The position numbers were made by a program, and so were the translations under genes. This document shows positions 39,700-53,728 of a stretch of 64,000 nucleotides of DNA, one piece after another. The stretch is taken from the NCBI RefSeq assembly GCF_006345805.1, contig NC_042997.1:37696001-37760000 (forward strand). The letters are read 5' to 3'. How positions within the stretch are numbered: position 1 is the stretch's first letter; the number at the start of each line of letters is the position of its first letter. The DNA is from Octopus sinensis (lineage: Eukaryota). The notes below the pieces were generated by a model that was not told where the DNA came from, did no database searches, and was given only the letters and a program-made list of their open reading frames with translations.

Positions 39700-40396
39700 C
39701 ATATATACATACATACCCACACACATATATAAATACATACATACTTATTCACCCTCACACCCACATGTACACTCTCACACGCAAAAGCACATGTTTGTGC
39801 GTGCGTGAGTTTATGTGTGCATATGTGTGGGTGTATGTGAGTAGATATGGAATTTATAAGTATATTTATGTGTATATAAATTGGTGCATATCTTCTACAT
39901 AAACTGATGCATGTGTTAAGCCATTGAATATATGATTTCCAATTCTCAATTTTAGTGGAAATACAGTGCTTTCTTGAAAACTAGCAGTTTCATATTCTCA
40001 TTAATTTAATTACATGTGCATAGAAATTCATTTAATTAACCTTATTCTGTTCCCGGATAAATATTCATATTAAGAAAGCACATTTAGTTTAATTAAAATA
40101 TCTTTTTTAAGTAGTTACACTTTCTGTATTACCCTAATTACTAGAATTGAATGAATTCTTTGCCTGCCCTGTATTCATTTTCTTGTTTGCTTTCCTCTTT
40201 TTATATTAATTACTGAATGACTATTGCAGGTAAAAATAAACCGCAAATATTCAGCTCATTAACACAGGCTGTGTTCACCACCGCCCCCTTTCAGTTTACT
40301 TCATTAATCGAATTAAAGAAATACTTTTGTTTGAAATGTTAATTACTTATAAACTCATATCTTTGAAATAGCATAAATATATTTTAACATCTTGAA

Positions 40397-40629
40397 AAGG
40401 CGGCGAGCTGGCAGAAGCGTTAGCACGCCGGGCGAAATGCGTAGCCGTATTTCGTCTGCCGTTACGTTATGAGTTCAAATTCCACCGAGGTCGACTTTGC
40501 CTTTCATCCTTTCGGGGTCGATAAATTAAGTACCAATTAAGCACTGGGGTCGATGTAATCGTCTTAATCCGTTTGTCTGTCCTTCGTTGTCCCCTCTATG
40601 TTTAGCCCCTTGTGGGTAATAAAGAAACA
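40397..40629 (+). mobile_element. SINE family B
   Basis: Near-complete match to 13872-14107. Confidence 0.88.
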
Positions 40630-41889
40630 TATATTTTAATATCTTGAACGTTAAATGTTTTCGGAATCATGTCGGATAATTTGATGATATTTTGCATAAT
40701 GATCTTCCTGAAACTTTCCGTATATGAAGGTATTCATGAACCCACAATCAGTGTGTTTATAATTTACAAGTATACACGTGACAAGCATACAGCTTCCAAG
40801 CAGATACGTTACGCAAGAGTAAATACATTGTGATAATTATTTTACGATTATGCTTTCCTTATATAATATGAATTGTATTACGTCACAAAACACCAGATTT
40901 CCTTAGAAATATTTCTTATTTTTAAAAATCACGTTTAGTTTTAGATCATATTGGCGATGTGCTGCATTTCAAATGCCAGTTTACAACGTCGCAGTCGTAA
41001 AAAATATCGTTAACTATATATAATAGCATATTCACTAAATTCAAAATTAAGCTGCATTGTTGCAATTAAATGTATACCGGTTGACGTCCAAATAATTCAC
41101 ATCTGAAAAAAAAAGCAATTAACCGTAACTAAGAAACATAAATTCATATCAGATGCTAATTATAATTCTAATGCCTATTTTATATTTAAAAAAAAGCAGA
41201 CAAACATATTCTGCCATACAAATATCAAGGCCTACACTACACTCACACATCTGCGACCGCGCACGTATATTCTCCTGCTCTGTCTTATACAAGCACACAT
41301 ATATATGTATATGTAACTTTGAAAACATAGGTATATATGAAACAGGAAACTACTTCAAACAATGCAGACTGGCCTATAGATTGATTGTCAAATAATATAT
41401 CAAATAATCATTTTAATAGCATAGAAATCCTACATTTTACACAGTAGAATTTGCTTAAGAGACGTTATGTAAACACACGCCTCCAAGGAGAATATAACAC
41501 AATATTTCGCTCTTGATATTCCCACAGTTTCCATCAACACCAAAGATTTTCCAATGTAAATGTTTTAATGTTTATGCCGTACATAAATTTTCATGTTAAT
41601 AATCAGTGTGAGCATGCAAAATTTATGTATATTTTGAGTCTACTGTTTCAGCAGCACGTTGATACGTTCGGCAGTCAACGGTTTTTGAGAGCACGAAGAT
41701 TAAAGTTGTAATTAAGAAAAAGTTAAGTAACATGGAGGTCTGGTAACCATCGGAATATTGGAGAGGAGTTACCTGCATCATAAGGATGGTCACTGGTTAT
41801 CAGAATGTCGACATCATCACCGCTGTTTAATGCTCTGTGAACATAATAAAGTTTGTAAGATGTGACAGAAAGCTTTATGTTCAATTCAA

Positions 41890-42170
41890 ACAGCTACGTG
41901 AATCTCAAACTCTAGCTGAAGAAGGTTGTTGCTGGAACATCATATGTGTGGCAGCAGGATCAGCCTTCATGCCATACATTTAGGATGAGTCAGACGTGGT
42001 TGTTGAAGAATTTCTACGACTTCATCTGCCCCGATTTCTGTCTTCATAATTTCCTAAGATCAAGTAGGTGTTCAAACATTTTCCTACGGACTCAAACACG
42101 AAAGGATTCACCAGGTTCCAGAACCGTCTTAACGGTGTGGTGAAATATGATGGTAGCTACTTTGAGTAAA
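41890..42170 (+). mobile_element. Tc1/mariner-superfamily transposase remnant (DD37D/maT-like)
   Basis: KVVAGTSYVWQQDQPSCHT..SQTWLLKNFYDFICP resembles YVWQQDSAPCH..WL..NF.DF..P. Confidence 0.65.
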
Positions 42171-42744
42171 CTGTTATCTCACAGCCATAATTAATTGATG
42201 TTTCTTGATTTTTAAAAATACATTTTATGTTTGAATGAGATATTGTGTTGTCTTATCCGTTTATACAAAATATCAAATTTAACCAGAGCATCCTAATGTC
42301 TTAGGTGACGAAATTACTCTTGGATAGGCAAACTTGTAGACAAGTGTACATTGTTGTGAGACTGAGTACAATTTAAGCTCTGAGAGTGAGTACAATATGT
42401 TTATACTGTATCCATGGATACCGACTCTAAAAAAAAGATACTGCATTAAAATGAGTTTCCTTAATTTACTTAGATTTTGTATTAATCTTTTGAGATGTAC
42501 TCTTTCATAATTCATGTTTTATCGAGGAGTGCCTGCTAATAGAGCTGATAAATTCACTTTAATGCAATATGTCATAACATACATCATTGAATATATTGTG
42601 TAATATTGTTCCTTTAACGATAATAATCTCTACAATCTTACATGTTGGAAAGAAACTCTACTATGTGACTGAGGGAGACTTATCGTATATCATAACAAGC
42701 AATCTAATCCTGCCGTATGACATATTCGTCACGAAGACCCATGC

Positions 42745-42764
42745 CTTGATAGATAGACAGATAT

Positions 42765-42795
<31 letters not shown>

Positions 42796-42898
42796 TATTG
42801 ATAGACAGATAGATATATAGATAGATAGACAGATAGATAGATAGACAGATAGATAGATAGACAGATAGATAGATAGACAGATAGATAGATAGATAGAC

Positions 42899-42973
<75 letters not shown>

Positions 42974-43032
42974 CAGATAGATAGATAGACATATAGATAG
43001 ATAGACAGATAGATAGACATATAGATAGATAT

Positions 43033-43081
<49 letters not shown>

Positions 43082-43109
43082 CAGATAGATGATAGATAGA
43101 TATAGATAC

Positions 43110-43142
<33 letters not shown>

Positions 43143-43185
43143 TAAACAGATAGACAGACAGAAGGATAGATAGATAGATAGACAT

Positions 43186-43215
<30 letters not shown>
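42745..43215. repeat. Long (GATA)n/(GACA)n/(GA)n compound microsatellite
   Basis: Read directly; similar tracts at 61490-61660 and 62150-62220. Confidence 0.97.
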
Positions 43216-43216
<1 letters not shown>

Positions 43217-44252
43217 TCGGTGACTTAACGTGTATTTCAGCGATGGAATATACTACAGACACATGTCAATCTCACATAATTTCCTGCAAGGCACAACGCG
43301 TGGACAACATTGAAGATTTCATTACAGCTACAATAAAAACGTCAAACTTCCGTAGTAGCCGTCTGCGCCATTTCACACACGACATATGTGGGTACCATTG
43401 CTATGGAAAATGGCATATGTCAAAGATGCTATGATATGTTATCGGACTCAGCACCTTGATAGCGCCCTATATAGGAGCGACTATGTATAAGCACACACAC
43501 ACACACACACCATCCATCCATCCATACATACATTTACGTACATATACATACATACATACATACATACATACATACATACATACATACAACATACATACAT
43601 ACATAAATACATACATACATACATACATAAATACGTGTGTGTGTGTATGTATGTGAGAGAGAGAGAGAGAGAGAGAGAGTATAATAATAATAACAATAAT
43701 CCTTGGATGAAATATATAAATATTTTAATGCATTAAAATATTTATTAATTCGATCCAAAGATTATTGTTATTATTACTATATTCATCCTATATTATATCG
43801 GTACAGTTCGATGTAACCCCAAAAAGCTGGAATAGGAGTTTTATTTGCATATTCGACAAGTATCCCATAAATAAATTTAAAATGAAATAACACGCCTTTG
43901 ATGCAAGTCTGATGAGGTGCCTCTCCAATGTCTAAAACCGCAAATTTTACGTGATTTTTTGTTTAGAATTTTCGCGTAGTCTGGCGTTGCAAATGGAGAT
44001 AGTATCGAAAGATTTATAACTTATAATGAAAGATGTGTTAAAGAATTTTCTTTGTCCTCCTCTTTTCATTGATGTATATATAAATATATTCGTATGTATG
44101 TATATTATTGAAATGGAGAAAGATAGTGAGAAAGAAAATCGAGTGTGATATGGGTTTTGCATCTCTCTGAATATCTGTGTGACGTGGTTGAGAGTGTGAA
44201 AACCTACGTAGTAGACATACAAACATCTGAAACTTACCTATTTCTTCGTAAA

Positions 44253-44642
44253 TCTTTATATATAAAAGTCAAGTTGTTTGTCTGTCTCCTACGATTTAGA
44301 TTCCTAACTACTCCCACATTTTGCGGTGCAGTTTAACCAAAACCGGGTATCTTATTGTCGTGATTCATATCGAGCCCTTCTGGGTATTAGCGCGCGTCTA
44401 CGATGAGTCTACGATTTAAGACAAAAATTTACCATCATTTTTTTCAATTTTTAATGCACTTTTTTGCTATTATATAAGGGAAGTAACTCTTTAAAAATGT
44501 ATTATTAAATCTCAGAAAAGCTACAGTAACACCCCCCTTTGTGGTTAGCCATATTGAGATGGCTATTATATTTTACATCTCTAAAAATGCTTATATAGTT
44601 ATTTCCCTTACAAACCCGAGCAACGCCGGGTGATACTGCTAG
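44253..44642 (+). mobile_element. Non-autonomous Helitron (copy 3, diverged)
   Basis: A|TC start at 44253, hairpin CCCGAGCAACGCCGGG 44615-44630, CTAG|T end at 44642; homologous to 4835-5338. Confidence 0.82.
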
Positions 44643-45694
44643 TTGAAAATAATAATGAACAACGTTTTTGAGGCCTCCTCAGTTGCATATTTTCCTTACC
44701 AAAAATATATTGTCGTTTGCATATTTTAGAAACTAATAAAAGATGCTTAAATCACGTATTAGACGTAAGATTACAAATGACTGCGAAAGAAATTCACAAT
44801 AAATACATAAAATTTCTTATAGCAATTTTTAAACAGTTGAACGAGATGCTACTAATTATGCTTAATTTATTCTGGTTTCCAATAGTTAAACCTTTGAATT
44901 TGATGTAAACATAATTCTACAGTTTGCGTCAATTCACTCAATCTTTTACAGTTCTGAAATGATTTTAATGAGCAAACACCATCAATAATTATATTTCATG
45001 CGAAACCTATCAACAAATATAAATTAGCAAAAAAACACGACGCTGTCAAGAAAATTATTATTTAGGCAAATGAATAGGAAGAATTTTACAAAAATGCTTC
45101 AATTAACACAAATGTGAAATATATTGAAAAGATTTTGAAGGTATAATTATGAAAGTTCGTAAATTTCCCCTGTGCTGCAAAGAAAAGTAACAATTATATT
45201 TATACAAATATTATAGCAAAAGAAAAGTGAGAAAAATCACTATAAAAGATTGTTTGTTGTGAGCGGTAAAGAAGGAGAGAACTCGTAAAGCGGTAAAGAA
45301 GGAGAGCACTTTTAAAGCTTCAGTACTTCGATTCCCTTCAAATGAATTCAATATGCATTTCAATATCATAGAAATGACATACTTTGCAAAGTAGACACGT
45401 GCACAAAAATACAGAATACACACACGCGTACATGCGAACCTACGCGCACAAGTGTGCGCGCGTACATCTAGCGATATAAATTTACAAATGTGACTTGGTC
45501 TTTCGTGCCTTGCATTTATCAAACAGAAAATTCCAATATACAAAACACTCGGTCATATGAGATATTGATGTAACTTTACACCAAAATGACACATACACAC
45601 GCACACACACATACATAATACATACATACATACATACATACATACATACATAATACATACATACATACATGGGTCTATATATGCATGTATATGT

Positions 45695-45730
<36 letters not shown>

Positions 45731-45772
45731 ATATATACATATAAATATATATAGATACATATATATATAATA

Positions 45773-45818
<46 letters not shown>

Positions 45819-46235
45819 GTATCTATCTATCTCTCTCTCTAATATATATATATATAGGTATAAAAATTATATATAAAGAAACAAGAACATGAAATACAGA
45901 AAGGGACGAACACAGTAAACAAATGGGTCATTCGAAGCCTTTAATCTTCAGTCAGGAACCGGATCATCATAGCAAATTTCGGCTGATTAATTCTGATATT
46001 TGCTCCGACGCGGCCAGCCCCAATAAAAAACTAAGCTGTGAGCATTAGATTTCTTAGAAAAAGGAACGAAGGTAAACGCAACAAGGACAGAAAAACGGAC
46101 GAAGCCACTCGAATATAAATACAAAAAACGAAAACAAAAATAAAAATAAAAAATAAAAATAAAAACAAGAATGGTAATAACAGGATAACAGCAGGTGTCA
46201 TACGACTTTAGATAGATAGATAGATAGATAGATAG

Positions 46236-46435
46236 ATGCTGAAAAGTCCCTGGCTTTCGGTAAAAGAAAATATTGGATAATCAGTTTATGGTTTTATCAA
46301 TATATAACCCAGTCAGATTTATACTCTGACATCAGTCCTTCAGTTTTTCTAAATTCTATAAAAAACGTGGAATGTCGGGCCCTTAATCGAGGCTTTTCGT
46401 GACACCTTTAAAGCCAGATCTTTTTCAACACCCCT
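46236..46435. mobile_element. mariner-derived MITE
   Basis: Imperfect terminal inverted repeats GCTGAAAAGTCCCTGGCTTT ... AAAGCCAGATCTTTTTCAAC, ~200 bp, non-coding. Confidence 0.6.
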
Positions 46436-46947
46436 CATATATATATATACATATATATAATAAAATCAAATTTTCCATCTGTTCGTCTGGGATCCCTGTA
46501 TCTCAATCTACATTTGCTCTACATAGACACATTTTACTTTTTGGAATCCCGGAATTGAAAATCTGCCCTTCGTTTGGTTCATGAACATCTACCATTGAGA
46601 AATGTTTTAAACGCATTGGGTTGCTATTTCTAGCAGATAAAGCGACCGCGAGAGGTTTCAGGACCGTATCATTACTGAGATAGGTGAACAAGTGAACGTC
46701 CCTTACCTTAAAATTTTACTTAGGAATTTATAGGTTCTTTTATCTTTTTCAATCATCAGACTGCGATCAGGATGAGGCACCACCTTCAAGATTTTACTCA
46801 AACAAATCGACACCAGTTCTTTCTTTCTTTATGCCTGATATTTATTTTATTGGGCACTTTTACCTAACTGCTACGTTACGTGACAGTAAATATACCAACA
46901 GTAGTTATCAAGCAGTGTTGGGGAACAAACATAGACACAACGCCACA

Positions 46948-47021
<74 letters not shown>

Positions 47022-47084
47022 AGTGTGTGTGTGTGTGTTTGTGTGTATATATATATATATATATATATGCACACACAGATTTCT

Positions 47085-47460
47085 TAATAATAACTACCGA
47101 GTTTCTAAACTCTTTGGATTTTCCTTGAATGCCTGCTCACAAACTAACATTGAAAATAGCACTTCCTGTAATGGTTTTGAGAAATATGGATCTCCCAAAG
47201 TTGGGCAATAGAACAAGGCTGATTGTGAAGCAAATATATCCACATATTTTGGAAGCAACCATCCTCACCAGACAAGAAAATAGAGAAAATGTGGGTACTC
47301 AAAGAATTACACTGATTCCAGCAGACATGCCTTTTGAATCCAAGAGTTTTCAGTAAGGGTTAGTTTTGCAATGTCAATGAACAAGTATGTTGGACGTACT
47401 CTCATGCAGCAGTGCTTTGCTCGTGGTCAGCTCTTTGCTGGTTCTTCCAAGGGTCACGAG
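47085..47460 (+). pseudogene. Helitron PIF1-like helicase C-terminal remnant
   Basis: EFLNSLDFP*MPAHKLTLKIALPVMVLRNMDLPKLGNRTRLIVK..ILEATILT..RITLIP.DMPFE..FQ..SFAMSMNK matches the RepHel helicase C-terminal motifs. Confidence 0.85.
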
Positions 47461-48713
47461 TTAGTAGTAAGGAGAAAAGTGGTAGCGAGTAGAGAGGACA
47501 GATAGAGAGAGAGAGAAGAGAGAGGAAGAGGCATAGAGAGAAAGAAGGAGAAAAAAAGAAAGACAGAAATAGAAGTCTCGCAGATATATAAGAAATTTAT
47601 TGTAATTAAAACCAAGTGTGTGATGCGTTCCGTTAATTGGTAAGTTAAAAACGTATAGTAAACGCACAAACGAACGGAAATCAGACACAGAATGGCAAAT
47701 TGAAAAGCATGTACATACTTGCGTGTATGCACGTTCTCTTCTGTGCGTTAATTTTTTTAATTTTTAATTACTTGTAAGGATGTTACGGATTACTATCGTA
47801 GCTTGCGAAACGTCTTACATATTTTTAGTGTTCAGTTGGCAAACTGCATTACTAATATGCAAATTAGATGGCTAATTTCTTCATCGAAAACCGCTAGCTT
47901 ATCCAAATTTTCAATTACGTATTAACTCTCAAGACGAAGTTCACACATTATTATTCATAAATGATTCATAATCTAGACATAGATTGTGAATTTATATTTA
48001 TCTGGGCATAGATCGTGAACATATAGAATGTAAATGTATAATCTGGGTATAGAATCTGGATGTTTCGAAGCAGTTGACGTTGTTCTCCATTCTTATTCTA
48101 CCTTGATTTTAGAAGCATTATACATGTGACAATACCTGTTTTACCCTGTCTGTCCGAAACAACAATATCCGGCATGTCTTATTTACAGATGATATAATTT
48201 TGATAGAAATGATCCATTGATATTAATGTCTACGTATACTTTCACAATGTATACTTTATATTTAATATAGGAGAGTCACTTATTCGAAAGATATTGTACA
48301 ATGATTCAGTGACAACCACTTGTTGCACAGTGTGTTAGTATCTTGATGTCATTCATGAGTTGATACTAATCTGATGTGTGATGTCTTCCACGGAAATGTG
48401 ACACAATCTATATTTTCAGTCTGAAGACTGTCTGTCTTGTTTACGCGATATATCTGTAGCAATACTCTGTTCTTGGATTTCATATGTATTTATTTAGGCA
48501 TATGTATAATCTACGTATATGTATATATATAATATATTTACATATATATATATATATATATAAAATATAATATAATATAATATTATAGATATAATATAAT
48601 ATAATATGAATAAAATAAACAATATAATAATATAATATATAGAGAGGGAGCGGTACAGACACACACATATACATATATACATACATATATAAATATATAT
48701 ATATATATAATAT

Positions 48714-48751
<38 letters not shown>

Positions 48752-49406
48752 ATACACACACATTTCTGGTTTTGACTGTTTTTATTTATGCTGTCGAGAA
48801 AATACAACAATACAATTTAGGCAACACTTTACATAAACAGTGATCTAAAACTCTAGGCTTTATAATTAATATCTTAATGGATATAAAGAGTACTTCAGTG
48901 AGATTATTTTCAATATTCTCTTGGGATTTCGTCAGAGATCAACCAGCCTCTTGAACTGTCCAATTCGTTGTTTTATAAACCCGACAGCTCTAAGTAAAAA
49001 AATATAAAACATTGCTTAGAAAACCGCCATTACTAAGTGCTTTAAGTAAATCGGGTATATGTGTCAATAGATAACGTATCATTGAGAGGTAGCTCAATTG
49101 AAAAATTAGAGGTGTATTTACGATGCTTTTGACACAGTGTTATAATGCGCCGTATGCTAATATATCAGTAGTTGTTGACAAATATTCTGTGTAACAGACA
49201 GGTGTAAACAACTTCTGTAACTATACAATATTTTCTCGAACAAAACCGAAAGATCAACCAGATTACGTCTACAAAGGTTATGCCAGGATGTTGGAACACC
49301 TTCCATATTTTTAGACGTTGTCACGAACTAACATACATACACACGCGCGCGCTTACAAACTGATGGATAGATAGACACAGTTTCATTATTTATACATATA
49401 TATATG

Positions 49407-49438
<32 letters not shown>

Positions 49439-49443
49439 TATAT

Positions 49444-49497
<54 letters not shown>

Positions 49498-49505
49498 GTA
49501 TATAT

Positions 49506-50120
49506 ATAACTTATAAAATAAGGGCAAAATAAATTTTTTCTTTTGCCCTTATTTTATAAGTTATTTATAAATTTAACCTTTAAAGGTATTTTTTAATATG
49601 CGGGCCATTGATAAATTTCTTTTTCGAAAAATCTTTTATCCTACATTAGATGTAAATTTAATAGTGTTCACTTCCGGACTCTCTCACTCTGTGAAAGTTT
49701 CTAGTTCGAATCACACGTGTCTCTAGATGTTTTGAAGGTTTTCTATTTTGGATATATTTGGGGTACTTAGGTCTGCTCAGGACTTAGTGCTTGCTTTTTC
49801 CATGGATATGAGTAAGTATTTCACTTATGTCTTACATATTTATCGCTGAGGAGGAGAAAATTCTTATGAATTAACTCTGAAATTGGGACCAATACGGTAA
49901 TAACGGGATTTTTTAGAAATTTCTATCGGCTTGTATCGAGACGCATAAATTATAATGGTTATTGACAATTTTGTCTATTTTCAGCATATTTGGCATTAGA
50001 ATTTTTCTTTTGCCCTTATTTTATAAGTTATTTATAAATTTAACTTTTAAAGGTATTTTTAATATGCTGGCTATTGATAAAAGTTTTTTTCCAAAAAAAT
50101 TTTATCCTACATTAGATGTA
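49506..50120 (+). mobile_element. Non-coding PLE-like element: 5' fold-back, partial tandem repeat (period ~466 bp) and hammerhead
   Basis: IR 49506-49529 / 49541-49564; direct repeat 49532-49654 / 50000-50120; hammerhead between the repeats; TA-rich flanks. Confidence 0.65.
49840..49900 (+). ncRNA. Type I hammerhead ribozyme motif with extended stem II
   Basis: Stem I TTATCG(49840-45)/CGGTAA(49895-900); CTGAGGA 49846-52; stem II GGAG-AA-AATTC-TTAT-GAATT-AA-CTCT; GAAA 49879-82; stem III ATTGG-GA-CCAAT; ATA triplet 49892-94. Confidence 0.8.
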
Positions 50121-50130
50121 CATATATATA

Positions 50131-50469
50131 TACGACCAAAAGGCCCCACCCTCCGTCCAGAGGACGGTGCTGAGTTGTCACACATTTAAACCAAATTTTC
50201 TCAAAACGACTTATCCGACCGTCCTATAGGCCTCCCCTTGAGAAACACTGCTTTAACCTAAATTTGAGACACCGTGCATGTTTCTCGCGTACGCCTAGTA
50301 TCGATCGCAAAATCTGATGTACTTGCGCATACAAAGGTAATCGATTTTTGTAATTTTTTCAAGTCTTATACACGCCCTGATACCGTCGGTATCTACATAT
50401 CAAATTTATGCGCAATCGGATTGTGGATGCCCGAGATCCTAGAAGACAGAACGGATATTATATAATAGA
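50131..50469 (-). mobile_element. Possible non-autonomous Helitron-like element, second family
   Basis: Minus-strand 5' end A|TCTATTATATAATATCC; hairpin CCGTCC-AGA-GGACGG at 50153-50167 near the other end; no canonical CTRR terminus. Confidence 0.4.
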
Positions 50470-50605
50470 TATACATATATATAAAATGACTGACAGGGAA
50501 GATAGCAGGTATTGTAACCTTTATACAGTACATGTGAGTGTACAAATAAAAGAAAATGACACACACCACACACACACACACATACACACACACACACACA
50601 CACAT

Positions 50606-50652
<47 letters not shown>

Positions 50653-51587
50653 TTATATATGGGAGCGATGACCACTATGTGGACAAGCCTTATGCTAGAA
50701 GTATGGTCTTGCCACTAATAAATGTTGTCAAGAAAAATTTAGCAAACACCAGAATGTAATCGAGCAAGACAAAAGAAAACCAACAAAAATATGGATTATT
50801 CACATACATGTTCCACTATTAACATAATTTTACTTACGCAATTGTCCGTAGCGCGCCAGAACGAAAATATTTGAATAGAAAATAAGTAAAAGAAGAAATA
50901 AAGAACAGTGTAATGGAAGATTCATGATTAAATATTTTCTATATTGTTAATACCTTCGAAATTTTTACCCTACTGGTCAAAATTCAAATTGTTTTTTCAG
51001 GTATGAATAATATCATTCATATGCTTCTCAATGGTGTGCTTTCAGTGTTCATGTGAAAGACAGAATAAAAAGATTTATTGCTCAATTTAATAAATGTGGG
51101 TAGAATGGAGGTTGACTTCTTGTAGCATTGAAGTCGTTTTACTATGCTCAAAAATATTGTCTTAAATATACATCCAACGACTCATGAACACATACACTCA
51201 CACATACATACATACATATATACATACATACATACATACATACATGCATGCACACATACATACACACACACACACGCACCATGCATGTATCTTATCTTGC
51301 TAACATTTACGAGAGTAATACAATAGCATACTCCCTGAAATTACCGGCCTCGTACCCAGATTTGTAAGCAATATTTACGAGGGTAAAAACCACGGTTAAC
51401 TGTGCTTCTCATCCTTTTCCGTCGATAAAACAAGTACCAGTTGAATACTGGGGTAGATGTAATCGGCTTACCTCCACCCCCGAAATTGTTGGCCTTGTGC
51501 AAAGGCTCGAAATCAATATTTATGAGGGCAAGTAAAAACAAATGATCAATAACTTTTGAAAACAAAATCAGGGGTTTGAAAACAAAA

Positions 51588-51766
51588 TAGGAGCAGGAGT
51601 GACTGTGTGGTAAGTAGCTTGCTTACCATCCACATGGTTCCGGGTTCAGTCCCACTGCCTGGCATCTTGGGCAAGTGTCTTCTACTATAGCCCTGCGCCG
51701 ACCAATGCCTTGTCAGTGGATTTGGTAGACGGAAACTGAAAGAAGCCTGTCGCATATATGTATGTA

Positions 51767-51814
<48 letters not shown>

Positions 51815-52038
51815 GCGTTGTGTGTGTTTGTGTGTCTGTGTTTGTCCCCCTAACATTGCTTGAACAACCGATGCTGGTGTGTTTACGTCCCTGTCACTTA
51901 GCGGTTCGGCAAAAGAGATCGATAGAATAAGTACTAGACTTACAAAAGAATAAGTCCCGGGGTCGAGTTGCTCGGCTAAAGGCGGTTCTCCAGCATGGCC
52001 GCAGTCAAATGACTGAAACAAGTAAAAGAGTAAAAGAG
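51588..52038 (+). mobile_element. tRNA-derived SINE, family C, complete
   Basis: Head TGACTGTGTGGTAAG..GGTTCAGTCCC (A/B-box-like), CORE-like TTGGGCAAGTGTCTTCT, internal (TA)/(TG), tail ..CAGCATGGCCGCAGTCAAATGACTGAAACAAG(TAAAAGAG)n. Confidence 0.88.
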
Positions 52039-52049
52039 AGAGTAGAGGT

Positions 52050-52420
52050 TAAAAATTACATCATTTTTCAACATAGTCTCCTTACTTCTCGACACTCCAC
52101 AAGCTTGCTTGTTCCATCGAAGAAGAAGGCTTAGGTCTTATCGTGCAGCCATTTATGGCACCGTTTCCTACACTTCTTCACCATAAGAAATCGGCGACTT
52201 GTACAGAATATTCGAACGGTCCACAAAGAGCTGGCAGTAGCAAGAGGTGAAATCTGGACTGTATGTAGTGTTTTCCAGGAACTCTCTCCCAAAAAATCTT
52301 CGCTATCTTTGTTGCAGCATTCCAGTAAGCGGAACACGTGCGACTGGCTGAGGAAGCGTTGACACACCCCCGTACGATCACACTTTATGTGCTAACTTCA
52401 ATAAGTTCTCTCAGCACCTG
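52050..52420 (-). mobile_element. mariner transposase C-terminal remnant
   Basis: Minus strand reads YSPDF..CY..LF....EEV.E.VH.WL..FFFDG..KLV....GDYVEK* with frameshifts. Confidence 0.7.
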
Positions 52421-52798
52421 CCTCGCACAGACTTCACGGTAGCGAAGTATGTAACGGTTTATTTCGCACGCAGATTGGTAATGTGTGTGCTTATGTGTGT
52501 GGGAGGTGGATGAAGTGCGAACAGTATTTATAAATCCACGTTCATCCTTATATAACAAAAGAAAAAAACTGACCAGAACTGGTATGCATATTCAAAGATT
52601 CCATCACTGGTCTCCGTAGTTAGAAAAATCACAGAGGACACGAAGACACATGGCAATAAGGAGGTGAAACACCTCCAGAATCTAAGTAATATAAATAATA
52701 ATGCAAATAAAACATACCCAATCAACACTGAAGTTACTAATCAATACATATACATATCTCTATATATAAATACATACATACACACACACACACCACAT

Positions 52799-52833
<35 letters not shown>

Positions 52834-52980
52834 GATATATTATATATATATTATATATATATATGTATGTATGTATGCATGTATGTCTGTAGGCATTATG
52901 TATGTATGTGTATATATATATATATGTATATATATATATGTATATATATCTATGTATATATATATATATATCATATATAT

Positions 52981-53035
<55 letters not shown>

Positions 53036-53040
<5 letters not shown>

Positions 53041-53430
53041 TGGAAGATTCTGGAAGGAATGTGCCAAATTTTGGCATTGTAAGCTACACCAATGCTAGAA
53101 CGGGACCACACTGCCTGGTGCCAAAGATCTCAGCAATGCCATCACGCTTCAGGACCAGCTTCTGCAACAGCCTGGGTTTCAAGGGCCCACAGCTTTTTAA
53201 TATTCACCCAAAGAGTCTGAGGAACTTACACAAAGTAGATGTAGCGGTTTTTAAATCAAAGCTGGATATCTTCCTGTCGAGAGTCCAAGATGAACCTACC
53301 TCACAGCAAGAGGTGCTATATCAAACTCCATTCTTCACCAAGTGCCACATGTTAGACGAGGTTCTTCGTAATAACAGTGTAGCACAATGCCGTGCATCAG
53401 CATGGCCGCAGCTCTGAGCTGAAACTAGAG
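53036..53430 (+). mobile_element. CR1-like LINE 3' end, same family as 16793-17812
   Basis: Aligns to ~17400-17812 (TTCAGGACCAG..CCCACAGCTTTTTAATATTC..CAGCTCTGAGCTGAAACTAGAG). Confidence 0.88.
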
Positions 53431-53442
53431 TAAATATATATA

Positions 53443-53532
<90 letters not shown>

Positions 53533-53689
53533 CTATATATATATATATATATTATATAATGCAATAAAACATACCTATCATCCCATGAAGATACTAATCA
53601 ATATGCATACATATCTATATATTAAAAATAGATGAATATATATATATGTATGTATGTATAATATATATATGTTTTGGTGTATGTTGTAT

Positions 53690-53694
53690 GTATG

Positions 53695-53728
<34 letters not shown>

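Noticed and set aside
43905-43950. CTGATGAGG.. motif
   Set aside because: No pairable stem II/GAAA arrangement
45915-45960. Minus-strand CTGACTGAAG..CTTCGAAT, hammerhead-like
   Set aside because: Core spacing and the GAAA arm deviate and stems I/III do not pair convincingly
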